Source: Vicugna vicugna (Eukaryota). Taken from it: DNA of 64,000 bases. Shown piece by piece: positions 1-13,852 of this stretch. The DNA lies in NCBI GenBank assembly GCA_013265495.1, contig PNXW01019480.1, forward strand, positions 1-64,000. The letters are read 5' to 3'. The stretch's first letter is position 1. Each line of letters starts with the position of its first letter. The position numbers and the translations under genes were made by a program. The notes beneath the pieces were generated by a model, which was not told where the DNA came from, made no database searches, and was given only the letters and a program-made list of their open reading frames with translations.

Positions 1-65
1 TGTGTGTGTGTGTGTGTGTCTGTGTGTGTCTGTGTGTGTGTGTAGAGAGAGACAGACAGACAGAC
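1..65. repeat. (TG)n/(AG)n/(AGAC)n compound microsatellite
   Basis: Direct reading; mirrored as (CA)n at ~31013-31100. Confidence 0.95.
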
Positions 66-2536
66 AATGAAGTTTACCATCTGGACCATGTTCAAATGTA
101 CAACCATGTACAATTCTGTGGAATGAATTAGATTCACAGTAATGCACAAAAATCACCTCTCTTTCCCAGAGTTTTTCACTGATAAGCACAGAAACTCTGT
201 TTACATTGAACAGTAACACCCCTGTTCTCTCTTCCACCTGGTGTCCGGTGTCCTCTAATCTACTCTCTGTCTCTATAAATTTGCCTAGTCTAGACATCTC
301 CTATAGGTGGGATCAGACAATGCTTGGCCTTTTATGTATGTATTATTCATCTCAACAGATGTTTGCCAGGCTGGCCATCTTGTCTTAATGGCACTTTAAG
401 GCATACAAATAACAAGGTTTCCATTTTCTTTTGGGTTGGTAAGGAGAATCTAGAAGCAGCCTTTCACAGCCCACTGTAGTCATGTGCACAATTCCCTGTA
501 TGCATTTTCAGCCACATCTCCGGTATTTTAGGGGAACGTTGAGATTCTCCTACAAGCCTGCCAAGTAATAGACATGATGTTTCAATCAATGAGCGGGTGA
601 GAATGTTCTGAATTCTATGAGACTAAAGAGAATTAAAAGGGTTTTTCACCACAGACCATTTGTTTTCTACTCAGGATTGGATGAAGTGAAATAAGAAATT
701 ATGTACACTGATGACTCAGACCTCTAAGGGTGAACTCTCTTCTCTCAGTGACGAATTACTTCAACATCAGAGCAGAGAAATGGTATACGCCTCTCTGACC
801 CTCATCAAAGAAACTCGGCCGTCTCAGCTGAGGAAGATGACAAAACAAACAAACAAACAAACAAAACAGAGGTTTTTCCAGACTCACTCTCTGTGGACAC
901 AACCGGTTCACCATTTCTCTCCCTTTGTGTCACCCCTTTTAGATAAACACCCAAGGAGATTGCCGGCGATAGCACCCAGCCTCTCCACGAGCTCTTTCTC
1001 ATTTCAGTGTCTGAAGCCTTTGCTTCCTCTCTTGCAGAACAGATTTTACAGCTATTAGGCAAGCACGGAGCTAGCAACAAGATCGAGTAGAAGTCATAAA
1101 ACAGGGACCGCCTGCTGTCTGTGCTGCTTCCTTGTCCTTACTTACCTACAGTATCTACTGTGAGCAGGAGTGGTTCCACCTTAGAGTGCGGTGCCCTGGT
1201 TTCCCAGGGAGAGTTCAGTAAGTCCACAACAGGTTTTCAGAGGAAGGATGTAATGTCACATGTCAGCTGGTGAGTCTGCCGTGTTATGATGTCTCTCTGT
1301 GGATGTTCTCATGATCTATGAAAACCTCGACTGAAAGGTTATGGTATATTTTAAAAACCTCCAGAGACTAGATCCTGCATGTTTTTCATCTGGACGGGAA
1401 TCTCCCCTTCTTCCCATGGTCTCCAGAACCGACTCACAGAACAAGAACTCGTCAGTCTACAAATGGTGCTGAGGCACGTGCATGTACTTAACGAGGGGCT
1501 AGAGAGAGTTCAGTTGGCAGGATCTACAGCTCACGAGACCCAAGTATTAAAGGGTGGAGATTAAGGACAGAGGGGAATTGGGTCACAAGTTTCTGGCACT
1601 GGGTCAGATACAGCAGGGGAGCAAAGGAGACAGGAAAAAGAACAGCTATTTGCTGGTAGGAACGGCCATCTCCTGGCATGAAATGGAGGTCTGGGGCATA
1701 AGAAAGGCTTTCAGGAACTGTCCTCGATGTTCCGGCAGGACCCGAGCTGGACTCCGCAGGTGCTCGTGGGACAAATGTATACCAGGCTCCTTCCTTGTGA
1801 CTAGATGACCAGACCTGCTGGCCATGGGATTGGCGTGGCAGCACCTCTGTCGATGGTCGCACCATCAAGCCTCACCCTCCTGAGTTAGGTCCTGCACGCC
1901 TTCATCAGCGCACAAGTTGATTTTCTGTGATTCTAGTTTTCACCTGTGACCCTGGTGCGCAGCATGGACGGTGTGGGGCAGGATCAGCCCTGAGCTGCCA
2001 GGGGAGCCCTAACTCTGTCAGCATCCTCTGCCTTCAGAGTAGAGCCAGAATCAAAATAGGCTCCCTTTCTAGATTGGAATATGCCCAACACAGTGCTCAG
2101 CAAACACTGGACTTCTTTTGCTTCTCCTGTTAATACTTCGCACGGTGATCTGGGTAAACCAGGGAAGTGGCTGTTATAAGCCCTGGCATGTGGGCAAAGT
2201 AATTTCACTGTGCCACCACTGGCTAATCAGAATTCGAACTAGTCACCCGCCCCCCGCCTCTAGCAGTCTCTGGTCCCTCAGGCATGACATGGAGATAATG
2301 CCAGTTACCGGGATTATAGCATCGTTGTGAGGAGTGAACAAGACCGCAGGTGTGAAAGTGCTTGGGTGGAGTCTGTGACTCAATCCTGTGCATTTACCCC
2401 CCTCGGTGCATGTTCAGTCGGTGCCATTAACTGGTTTTTGACCCTAGGAGCTCTGATCCTGCTTTCTCACGGGATTTGTTGGCTTCTGACCCAGTGGCCC
2501 TTCCTATCCATGCCCGATGGTAAGAAAAACTGACTT

Positions 2537-3000
2537 TGTTGAAAGAAGTAGTGTGTTCAGTCCCTGGGTGGGAGTTGGGACTTCTCCCATCCACTCACGG
2601 CCATCCCATTCCCCTTTGTTTGGTAATGATGGCTCCAGACTGCACTGCAGCTAAAGGGGGCCCTATGACCCAGTTCTGCCCAATGAGATGTATGGGGGAT
2701 GCGTTGGGGGCTTCTGCGGTATATGCCATTTCTTAACGAGAAGGACGGATGTGGGACACGGGATGCTGGTACTCGGAATGGGGCAGAGATGCCTGGAGCT
2801 CCTGCAGGGACGCCTGTGTGACTGCATGAGGTCGTCACCTTAACCTGCTGAAGAGTGGAGGGGGCGGATGGAAGCTGTGGTGTCCGTGACATCCCGGAGC
2901 AGCTGAATCAGAGAACGGGTGCTTCCAGACTTCTTGTTGCAAGGGGGGAAAATGGTAAGGCTCTATTTTGTTATAACCTTTGGTTCCAAACTTTCACTTA
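2537..3000. mobile_element. MLT1-type (MaLR) LTR remnant within the arm (mirror ~28080-28540)
   Basis: MLT1-like motifs ccatcccattcccct, gacccagttctgcccaatgagatgt and ccagacttcttgtt. Confidence 0.6.
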
Positions 3001-5142
3001 ACTCATTTGAAGTTAACTTTTACAGATACTAATACTGGTGCTATATCCAGAAACTTTGATTTCATTATTCTATTCTGTAACTTTACAGGGTCTTCTCCCC
3101 ACAGCCTTTCCTGTCAGCTGGGATTTAGATCTAGTCCTCTTCTGATTCAGTCGCCATAATTTGGCAAGAATGTCTCAGAGGCAGTGACGCATTAGCCCGT
3201 CGGGAGGGGAATGCTGTACGGTTGTCCCTCTTTCTGAAAGGTGAGCAGATATTGGTGCTCATTGCCCAGAGCACTTGTGTCATTTGAAGATTTAAAAAGA
3301 GACATCTTCATTCTCTCCACTCTTCTTCGTTTATTCGATGGAATTCTCCTTGGAGGAGAAACTTCCCTCACCCATTATTTGGTAACCAATGTTTTAGTTC
3401 GTGTGCCACACACAGGATAATTGTTTCATTATTTGCCTCTGCCTACCCAATTTCACAATAATGAATCCGTTTCCTAGCATTTAGCAACAGTGACCGTGAG
3501 GTCTTTGTTCCTTTCGAGCCACTCTGGACCCAACGTGTATTCACAGTTGATGTGCTTACATCCGTTTTAGTTATTATTCTTACTGACGCTCCTTTTGTCC
3601 CCACGTGATGCAGACTCATAATCGGAACCTGCTGCCACGAGGGGCCAGTGCCAAGCAGGCGCTCAGTCCCTGGGTGCTGGAAGTACGTCAAAGATCTGGG
3701 CAAAGTGTCTTGACATCACACTTCACCGTTTTGTTAAACTGCGTTCTATTACTGTGCCCGTCCCTCCACCAGATGCTGGAAACTGACATTACCCCTCTGC
3801 TGTCTCTGGTGTTATTCAAGTAACACTGCATCTGGAGACAGAAGAATTAACGCTCGCTCTCCTTCACTGGATCTTTGTACTTTACCTAAAGGACAAGTGA
3901 TTCAACTAAGCTCATGGATTTGATTATCTTTCGGCTTACGAAATTCGTTTCCCCACATGACTACTAATTCTCCCTCACACTGTCTTCTCCGTGCTCATGG
4001 GTGCCATTGTCTGCTGTTGCTCTACTTCCTGGAAGCATACGGGGCTCAAACCTCCTCTTTCCCTGACACATCTCCTCCTCCTCGTCCGACTGGCTCTCCG
4101 ATGGAAGCCGTTTATCAGTGAATCACCGAGTGTCTTCACTTGGCTCCTTCCTCTCAGCGGTTTTTCCCATCATGGCTGTGCATGTTCAGGGCTGAGACTT
4201 GGTGTGTCCTGGTCACATCAATGACCCTATGCTGACCAGCCTCCTTTTCCCTAGACTTCAATTTTCTGATTTCTAAGGGCCAAAATCTCCACAAAAATGA
4301 GCTCCACAGAAAATCACTGGGACATTCTGAAGCATTCAGAGTCTGGGATGAGTAAAACATTTGTCCCCAGGATTTCTTGAATACAGGCTGCTTCTTGAGA
4401 CGTCTTAGATTAGAGGTAAGGGAGTTAGACAATCCCTTCAGCTCATCCCACTGCTCTGGGAGATCACAGCCATCTCTACGTGGGAATTGCCAGGACATAC
4501 GCAGGAACCGGTTGGCCACTTTATTGAAATTTAGAGATAGTTTTTGACCTTTTACACCCAAATAAGACTACTTTTTGAGTGGGCTTCTCCAGCACTGGGC
4601 TATCAGGCAGCTCAGTTCTAGATAAGGATTTCACTACTAAAAATTTAGTAGCAGGTTTGAGTAATGGTATAAAATAAACCAAGGTGAGTGAAATGTTCCT
4701 AGTTTTTGCAGTTCTTCCTTATCCCTATCAATTGTTTGCCAATTCATCTGCAAGCAGTGGGATCATGTCTGTTTAGAAGGGGATTGCTTTAGAATTGAAA
4801 TACTTTTTTTTTCCCTGTTTAACCTCAAAATTAGACTGCTTTTGCATGGCTACTCTTGTGCTTGAGTATCAAGAATTTCAGCCTTGCCTAAGGTTGCTCT
4901 CCCCCACCTTCTGCGATAGTGGTAGGCAGTGTTGTCCAAAAAATGATGAGACTGCTGAATGACTTATAATTCCAGACTCTATAGTTTTTTCTGTGGCCTC
5001 TTTGTATCTTTGCAACCAGCACCCTATGGTGTAGCTGTAGAAATGGATTCAAACAAGGCCTGACAGCAAAAGAAAGCTTTTACTCAGATGCAAGGCCTCC
5101 TCAATGCTGTTGCTATGGGAGCTGATGCATCCTGATTTTGTT

Positions 5143-5156
5143 GTTGCCATGGTAAC
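5143..5156. promoter_or_regulatory. RFX X-box motif GTTGCCATGGTAAC
   Basis: One mismatch from the palindromic RFX consensus GTTGCCATGGCAAC; lies in a segment homologous to 40550-40960. Confidence 0.5.
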
Positions 5157-5679
5157 TCATGCTTTTGACCCAATCTTGTTCAGACTTGATACACCAAAGG
5201 CAGCTTTTCCTCAGCTGCCAGTACCATCTTCTTTTTCAGTTCAGAGTAAGCCAATAGAACCAACAGAAGGATTTTCCCAACGATATTCACTACCCTATAA
5301 GTTATTTGTCACCAACATTGGGAAAGGATGGCTTCTAGGATTTTTATGGTTGTTAGCAGGTGTATGCACATATATGTATACATGTACCATGGGGATGGAC
5401 AGGATGGAGCACACCAATTGCTCCCTAAACTGTTGGAGGAGCATCCTGGTCATATATTATTCATGATCAGAATGAACTGGAATAGACATTTATTGTTTAT
5501 CAAGCATTTTATAACTACCAGGTTCTTCTCCTTGTCCTTTGTAGGTAGCTTGATTAGCAGTAGCATATTCTTCAATGTATAATAAACATAAAATAATAAA
5601 TACATGAGATAATAGTGCACAGTTCACAGCAGACAGGAACAGAGAACAGACCACCTGATAGGTGAGAAATGGTTTTTCA

Positions 5680-8600
5680 ATGTCGTTTTAATTTACAGTT
5701 TTGTTACTCGGAATAGATATAATCATTTTTCATATATTTAAAGGCCATTTGTATGTCTTTTTAAAAAAGTATTTGTTCAGCTCTTTTGCTGTAATGGATT
5801 TTTGGTCCTTTTTACTTGACTTTAAAGAGTACATTTGTTTGAGATATGAGCTCTTTATTTTTTACATATTTTAAAATATTTTCTCCATGTTGATCACTTT
5901 TTTTATAAAATCCATAGTTTATTGCTATTTATGGAAATATAAGCATTACGTATTTTAAAGGCTCAAACACACTCACAGAAATATACCAAACAGAATAGGT
6001 ACCATGAGAAGAGGGAGAAAGTGGGAATTGAAGCTGTAAGAACCAGCATACAGTGACATCAACATTATAAAAACTTCTGTTAAAACTGGAAGCAAAGGAA
6101 TTTATCTGGCCATGAGTTGTTTGGCTATAATATAACTAAGTATTTTATTTTAAAATGAGCTACTTGTTTCCATTTTGTTTATCTCTGTGATTCTATCTGC
6201 TTTTCAAATCTGGATGAATTTTAAAAGGTAGCAACAAGAAAATTGATACAGCATCAAGATAAGAACCTATTGATATCTAAGTTGGAAGCTTTGATTTCAT
6301 TATATAGTAATTTGTAGATGACCCAATATGACTCAATATCTGAAAAATATTGGCTCATTCAATTTTTATCTCCTTGTCTTTTTTGTTTTGTGTTTTCCCA
6401 GACCAAAATGTTTCTTCTTCTTTATTTGTATGTAGGTCATTTATCAGCTTTTCCTTTGACTGTGTTTGGATTTTGATTCTTTTCCATACTCCCAGGTTAT
6501 TACAGAATCTACTTGTATTCTTTCCTAGTATTGAGAGTTTTATTTTTTACATATAGATCTTGAAATCGTTTGGAGATTATTATACTTTTTATGGTATGAA
6601 TTATAGATCAAATGTTACCTTTCATCAAATGACTATCCAGGTGTTCCAACAGCATTTATTAAAATGTTTATCTTTCTCTAGTCATATGTGATGTCACCTT
6701 AATTATGTATAATGTTTTAATATGTACATGGGTGTATTTCCAAACTCTGTGCTCTGTTTTACTGGTCTGTTCATGCAAATGCCATTATCATATGGTTTTA
6801 ATTATTGAGACATTATAGTATATTTTATTCTTTGGTTTGGTTAGTCTCCCCTCATTGGTATTTTTTTCATAGTGTGTTGTAGTTATTCTTGTATGTTGTT
6901 GTTGCTGTTTTTCTCCAGAGGCACTTTAGAATCAACTAACTTGTCTTTTTTTGGGAAAAACAGCAGCAACTTGCTGGTATATTTTTTAATAAGAATGCAT
7001 TAAATTTGTGAACTAATTATATCTTAATGATATTGAGCCTTCTGATCCAAGACCAAAAGATATTTTTCCTATTTTTTTCATAGCTTTCAAGAGTCTTTAA
7101 ACTTTTCCTCATATATCTTTTCCATATTAAAAGTTTATTCCGAAGAATATTATCTTATGTATTGATATTGTAAATAATATTTTCTTTTCCATTATATCTT
7201 GTTTCTAGTTATTGTTTATATCTATAAAAAGTCATTGATTTTTAAATATTAATTTATACCCTCCTAAGTTTACCAAATCTTTTACTGTTTGAGTTTTATC
7301 ACTATATTTCTCAACTTGTCCAAGAAAAATATCATATAATCTATAGAGTTTCAATTGTTTTTCAATTCTTATGCCTATAATTGTTTTTGTGTGTGTGTGT
7401 TTGGCTTTTTAATTGTGTTGGCTAATAGTTCCACTATGAGTTTGAATAGTCAAGACTGTGGATAACTTTTTTCTTGTTCTTGACTTTAGTAGGAAAGCCT
7501 CTTGTGTCTCTCATTAGAAATTTTAGTATTTACTTTAGTATTAGTTTACATATATAATGGACACTTCCTTTGTGCAGGTGTTTGTGTATCTAGACAAATA
7601 CAATATATATAATGTATATATGTATATATAGGAAGTGTCCATGATCCTCCTGTTTTGTTGACTTTTTCTCTCTCTCGCTCTCTCTTTTTTTTTATTTTTT
7701 TGGTTCCATTTTTTTAGAATGAATGTTGAATTTCATTGAATTCCTTTCCAGGATGTTTGGAGATTTTAATATGCTATTTCCTCTTAGACCTATCATAAGG
7801 TGAATTATATTAGTGGATTTCCTAATTATCAACTCATCCTTGATTGCCCAGAATAAATCCCACTTGTTCACGATGTATTATTTTGTCAATGTGGTATTAG
7901 ATTCCGTCCACTGATAATAAATTTAAAAGATTTGCATCAATATGAATAAAAGAAATTGTTCTACAGCTGTCTTTTTATTACTCTATCTTTATTCAGGTTT
8001 TGGTATCATTGTTGTACTCATTTCATAAAAATAATTTGAATTTCTCCTTATTTTCTATGTTTTGGAATATTTTGTATAGCACTAAGAGTAATAACATGCC
8101 ACATTATGATTAGTTGGTAGTTAAGATTTGACAAAATTCTGTGAAAATTTGAAGGCTTGGTGCTTTTCTGTGAGGTAGTTCTTTAATAAATCTCCCCATT
8201 TCTTCTATGAAAATTGGTTTCTTTAAAATTTCCATCTCAATTGGAGTCATTTTTGCCTAGGAAATCATACTTATCATTTAGGTTTTCAATTTATTGTGCA
8301 GAGAAGTCTGTTGTTATTATATTTAATTTTTTCTGTTGTAATAGTTATTTTCCTCATTTCATTTCTTATTTTGTATATTTGTGTTTTCCACTTCTTTCTT
8401 ATTACGTTAACTAGTAGCTGATTCCTCATTGTTAATTTATTTTAGGAACTCAGTATTTTGACTTAGTTTCATTATTTTTCCATTTCTTCTATATTTAATG
8501 TTTTCCTTTATCATTGCTTCCTAGTGTTTTCCTTTGGTTTATTTTGGGGTTTTTTGCCTAACTTTAGGAGTTGAAAATGTAAGTCATTAATTTCATCTTA

Positions 8601-9060
8601 AAATTTTATTGATAGAAATATTTAAATATTGAGAAATATTTATACTTAATATGAATATTAAATTTCCTATAATAACTGCTAAATATATCCCACATATTAT
8701 GACATGTGGAGTTTCTATTATCATTGCTTTTTTTTAATGCATCAATTTTGGTTTGTACTTCCTCTTGTACTCAAGAGCATTTAGTAGAGTTTTATGGGCC
8801 CAGCATGTTTCCTCTATGCAACTCTGCCATACTTAAGAGAGTTTTAAAATTTTCTAATGTTAGGACATTTTTAACCTTCATTATATTATGATAAAAGAAT
8901 GCTGGTTGTGTTATTTCTACTTCATTGAATTGGTAACACTTTCTTGTGACCTGGCATATAGTAAAGTTTTATGAACATTCCTTGTGTGCTTAAGAAGGTA
9001 CTTTTCTGTTACTTAGTTGTAAAGTTTGATATATACCCAGAAGGTCTAATTTATTGATAA
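5680..9060 (-). mobile_element. Old, degenerate L1 (L1M-type ORF2/3' region) fragments
   Basis: T-rich antisense L1-like sequence, e.g. ccagaataaatcccacttgttcacgatgtattat and cagcatttattaaaa. Confidence 0.7.
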
Positions 9061-9904
9061 TGTAGAATGAGGTCCAGTTTTTCCCAGGCGGATGTTTGGT
9101 GGGCTATCTTGGGGGAATGGAAAGAGAGAAGTTTAGCACACAGGAGTAGGGAAGGGTGCTTTGATCTAGGGACTGGTACATAGCCAGAGACATAAGATTC
9201 TCTTGACAATCATAAGCACTTATTTATTCAATAGATATTCTCAGTGTTCCTATAACAAGCCATATTTCATTTAATTCAGGTTTCTGTTTACAAGGCACAG
9301 ACAGGTCTAACCACAGCTAAAATCCCTGTCAGTCTTATTGTTACATTGCTTGAATTTTCTTCTTAGCACTTAGTACTCCTCTGCTCATACTTAATGCTTA
9401 TTTTCTCTAATATCTCTCTCCCCACTAAAATATAAATTCAGCAGATTTTTTGCCTGTTTTTTTGTTTGTCTATTCTATCCACTAGAATCCTGCCAGTCAC
9501 ATGGTACACTCTAAATACATGTTTGCTACATAATGTATGAATAATACCCACCCATGCCTTCAGGGAATAAAACATCTGATGTGGGGGCAGGCACAGTAAT
9601 ATATTTTTATAAGAAATCAATCAAATATGATGTCACTACACTTCACAACAACATCCAACATTCAGCATATATTGAATAAGCATCTGTTTTGTTCTCACTC
9701 AGGTGCTGGCCACTGTGGATACAGAGATGAATGCGGCAGAGTCCCTGATCTCAACTAGTATTGGATCTAGTAAGAACATCTCAACTATGAATTGTTATGC
9801 ATTCAGTAACAATTCATAATAGCTTCAATAACTTCAATAGCTTCAATAACACCAACCACAAATCCAAAACAAATCAACTGCAAGAACAACAAAAACTAAC
9901 AACT

Positions 9905-11073
9905 TAAAAATGTTATCCTAGAACAGTCTACCCAAGCAATAGAAATAAAAGCAAGAATAAACAAACGGGAACTAATCAAACTTATAAGTACAGCAAAGGA
10001 AACCATAAGCAAAACAAAACAACCTACAGAATGGGAGAAAATGTTTGCAAATGATGAAACCGACAAAGGCTTGATCTCCAGAATATATAAGCAGCTCACA
10101 CAACTTAATAAGAAACAATCAAACAACTCAATCCAAAAATTGGCAAAAGACCTAAACAAGCAATTCTCCAAGGAAGACATACAAATGACTAAGAGGCACA
10201 TGAAAAAATGCTAAATATCTAAAATTATCAGAGAAATGCAAATCAAAACTACAATGAGTTATCACCTCACACCAGTCAGAATGGCCATCATTCAAAAGTC
10301 CACAAATGACAAATGCTGGAGAGGCTGTGGAGAAAAGGGAACCCTCCTACACTGCTGGTGGGAATGCAGTTTGGTGCAGCCACTGTGGAAAACAGTATGG
10401 AGATTCCTCAAAAGACTAGGAATAGACTTAACATATGACCTGGTAATCCCACACCTGGGCATATATCCAGAAGGAACCCTACTTCAAAATGACACGTGCA
10501 CCCCAATGTTCATAGCAGCACTATTTACAATAGTCAAGACATGGAAACAGCCTAAATGTCCATCAACAGATGACTGGATAAAGAAGTAGTGGTTTATTTA
10601 TACAATGGAATACTATTCAGCCATAAAAATGACAACATAATGCCATTTGCAGCAACATGGATGTCCCAGGAGAATGTCATTCTAAGTGAAGTAAGCCAGA
10701 AAGAGAAAGAAAAATACCATATGAGATCGCTTATATGTGGAATCTAAAAAAATAAATGAACATAAATACAAAACAGAAACAGACTAAGACTCATAGGAAT
10801 ACAAATTTGTGGTTGCCAGTGGGGAAGGGGGTGGGAAGGGACAGACTGGGATTTCAAAATTTGTAGATACTGACAGGCATATGCAGAATAGATAAACAAG
10901 ATTATACTGTATAGCACAGGGAAATATATACAAGATCTTGTGGTAGCTCACAGCAAAAAAAATATGACAATGACTATATGTACGTTCATGTATAACTGAA
11001 AAATTGTGCTCTACACTGGAAATTGACACAACATTGTAAACTGACTATAACTCAATAAAAAAAATGTAAAAAA
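9905..11073 (+). mobile_element. 5'-truncated young L1 (ORF2 C-terminus, 3' UTR, A-tail)
   Basis: ORF 10236-10589 encodes the L1 ORF2p C-terminal Cys-rich region ([33 protein letters not shown]); ends in AATAAA plus A-run. Confidence 0.93.
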
Positions 11074-11149
11074 ACCCATCCTATTTCTATTTACGTATTC
11101 ACCTACCCACCGAGGTGGCCGGTGTCACTGGGAGTCAAGACTTTGGCTT

Positions 11150-12580
11150 CAGAGAAAGGATATACTGATGAAAGATCAATGAATAAAGCAATACCCTGGA
11201 GCCCTGAATTTGAATGGGAAGTAGCAGTATAAACTGCTATATTTTGTCTTTAAAAATATTTCTTAGCTCTGCCCCCTACAAAGCACCAGAAACCGCAATG
11301 GACCTAGTAGGATACAGACAAACACCATGATTTTATTCTCTAAAAAGCATTTTCTGCTAAAAAATAAATCAAGATTATATGGTGAATTAACTGATTTCAG
11401 GAACTGTATAATGTGAGCCTCGAAAAACTTGATGAACCAGAAAAGAGGAAAGACTACTGGGATCTTGTAAAAAAGGATTCAAGAGCTAATCTGAAGAGGC
11501 TAAGTGCCTAAAAATGGGACAGGTTGAGCATTTATAAGAATAAGAAGTAAATCAATTTGAACACATTAAGTGTGTTTAAATATCGTATTCATAGTGATTC
11601 TAAAATATACTCTGTGGTCACCTTTAAAAGTGCTAAGAAATAAATTAATAATTTGAAAACTTTTAAATAGAAGGAAAGAATCAAATAATTATCCTTCCAT
11701 CTGTATATCTACTGTGTTACCAAATCACTAATGATGGGAAGATTTCCTTTAGAGAATTATTCTACCTAATAATGAAGAAAGATAAATAGAACATCTTCAT
11801 TCTGCAAGCTGTAATGAAATTTTGGAACTAGGTACTAATCATCAGTGTCTGCTAATCTCATTTAAAAAAGAGACAACCAGACAGTATGTATACACAGATA
11901 GAAGTACACAGTACACTTGTGAGGTACTCTTGCTAAAAGAGAGAGAGAGAAAGAGAGAAGAAAAAGCAAATTTGACTCCAACGAAGCTTCTAACAACCAA
12001 TTTTCAGGAAAGTTGGCAGACAGAGGGACTTGTTAAACAATGAAAAAAAGGAGGATGTCAGCAAAATCCAGATTGTATGAAACTCTAGAGACTGAAGGAT
12101 CCAAATTGTTCAACATAGAAATTATAAGAAAACACCACAGAAGAGAAGAAGGGACACCCTATAGATTGAAAGAGACTTAATAAGCATGTCAACAAATTAT
12201 AATGCACATGAGTAAACTAGATCCTGATGTGAAAATCAAATTTCAAAAAAATAAATATTTATGACACAATTGGAAAAGTTAAACTAGGAATGAATATTTG
12301 AAGATATTTAGGAATCATCATTAATTTTACATGTGATGTTACTGTGCTTGTATTTTAAAAGTGTCTATGTCTTGCAGAGATACAAACTGGAATAATCTTT
12401 TATTAAGTGATGTGATGTTTAGGATTAGCTTCAAAATAATCTGCAGGAGGAGAGAAAGGGGTAGGAGTGTAGGTGAAATAAAATTGACCAAGAGTTCTTA
12501 ATTGTCGAAGCTATGTGAGATCTACATGGTTGATACATCTTGTCATGTGTCTGACACTATAACAAAAAGATTTTTTAAAA
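11150..12580 (+). mobile_element. Old L1MC/L1MD-like 3' region
   Basis: A-rich degenerate L1 3' motifs (agagacttaataagcatgtcaac; aggattagcttcaaaataatc). Confidence 0.55.
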
Positions 12581-12699
12581 TGTCCAAAGCCACAACATAG
12601 ACTAATTAATCAGAATTTCTGGATATGGAGCCAGGGCATTAGTATTGCTAGAAGCTACTTTCAAATGAGTTTACTATGCAGCTAAAGCTTAGAGTCAAT

Positions 12700-13170
12700 G
12701 GTATAAACAGGGCCTTACTCTTTTTTCTCTCGTGATAAGAAATGTGGAAGTAAACTTGCATTGGTTTAGCTGTTCAAAGATGTCATAAGGATACCAGCTT
12801 CCATCCTCCTGTTCAACGCTTTTCAGTAGGTTGACTCTATGACCATTTGCTTGTCACAACATGGCTGCAACTGCTCCAGGCATCTCAATCACATCCCAGG
12901 TACCATCTTTTTCTGTAGAAGTTTCCAACACATTCCCACACACATCACTGGGAAGAACTGGGCCACATGACCATCCTTACATGTAGGGGAGGCTCGAAAA
13001 CCATCATCTGACAAAGGGGAATGGGATAGCCATGATTGGCCTGGAGAAATTCTGAGTCCTTTCCCCAAGGCTGGACATATTGCTTCTTTATATATATATA
13101 TATAAAAAAACCAGTTTTTCTTACCATAAGGCATTGATTGAAAAGGTTATTGGGTCAGGAATCATCAAGT
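12700..13170. mobile_element. MLT1-type LTR remnant
   Basis: Motifs caacatggctgcaactgctccaggcatc and ggaatgggatagccatgattggc. Confidence 0.6.
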
Positions 13171-13338
13171 CCGGTGAGAAGAAGCAGATCTCTTAGGGTC
13201 AAAAACACAGTCAAGGAAGGGTAAGGATTGACTATGCATTGAAGGAAATAAACTCACAAGGATCGAGCCCCTTACTGTCTCCAGGCACTTTTGTACCTGC
13301 TACCTTGTTCAGTACTCACAACAATCCTATAAACAAGG

Positions 13339-13852
13339 TATATGATCAAGCCACCCAAAATGGCTGTTCTCTTGCTCTCTGTACATCCCCTGCTTGACCA
13401 GTCCCTGCTTCACCTACATGCTACTCACTTGACTGACCTTCCCTTTTAATCACAGAGCTTGATCAATAAATGCCTACATACTTGCCCTCAGCCCCAGCTA
13501 GTGATTGTTCTAATCTTTAGATCAGAATATCTCCACAGTGATAGCTTATCAAAGGGGTATTGAGGGGCATGCTCCTCTGCTGATTTCCTTGGTAACTGAT
13601 GAGCCAACCTGATGTCAATAATCCCTATAACTGATAACCTCCCTCTCCCCGCCCCCAGTAACAAAGACTGCTCCCATGTGCTGCCTCCTGCCTGCCACAC
13701 ACGGTGGGGATGTCACTCCAGAACCTCGCTTCAGATGTAGGCTCCCCCTTTCATTAAACTGCTGATGTCTCTGTGGCTGACTCCAGGCTCTATCTTTGGT
13801 CTTAAGGCTGGGCAAGTACAGGGCTTGCAGGTCTGTAGGGTGCAGCCCAACA
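13339..13852 (+). mobile_element. Solo ERV LTR inserted into a MIR
   Basis: ~514 bp ending ...CCCAACA with internal ATTAAA; 5-bp direct repeat CAAGG at 13334-13338 and 13853-13857; MIR-like flanks. Confidence 0.7.

Larger units (their letters stand above)
1..4621 (+). repeat. Left arm of large inverted repeat (truncated by window start)
   Basis: Reverse complement of 26457-31077. Every ORF in 206-4561 has an identical mirror ORF with coordinates summing to 31078. Identity ends at 4621/26457. Confidence 0.98.

Noticed and set aside
206..4561. Many short ORFs present as identical pairs
   Set aside because: Identity simply reflects the inverted repeat; none resembles a known protein and several overlap repeats.
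9818..9851. Short direct repeat aatagcttcaataac x2
   Set aside because: Ordinary slippage micro-duplication with no sign of function.
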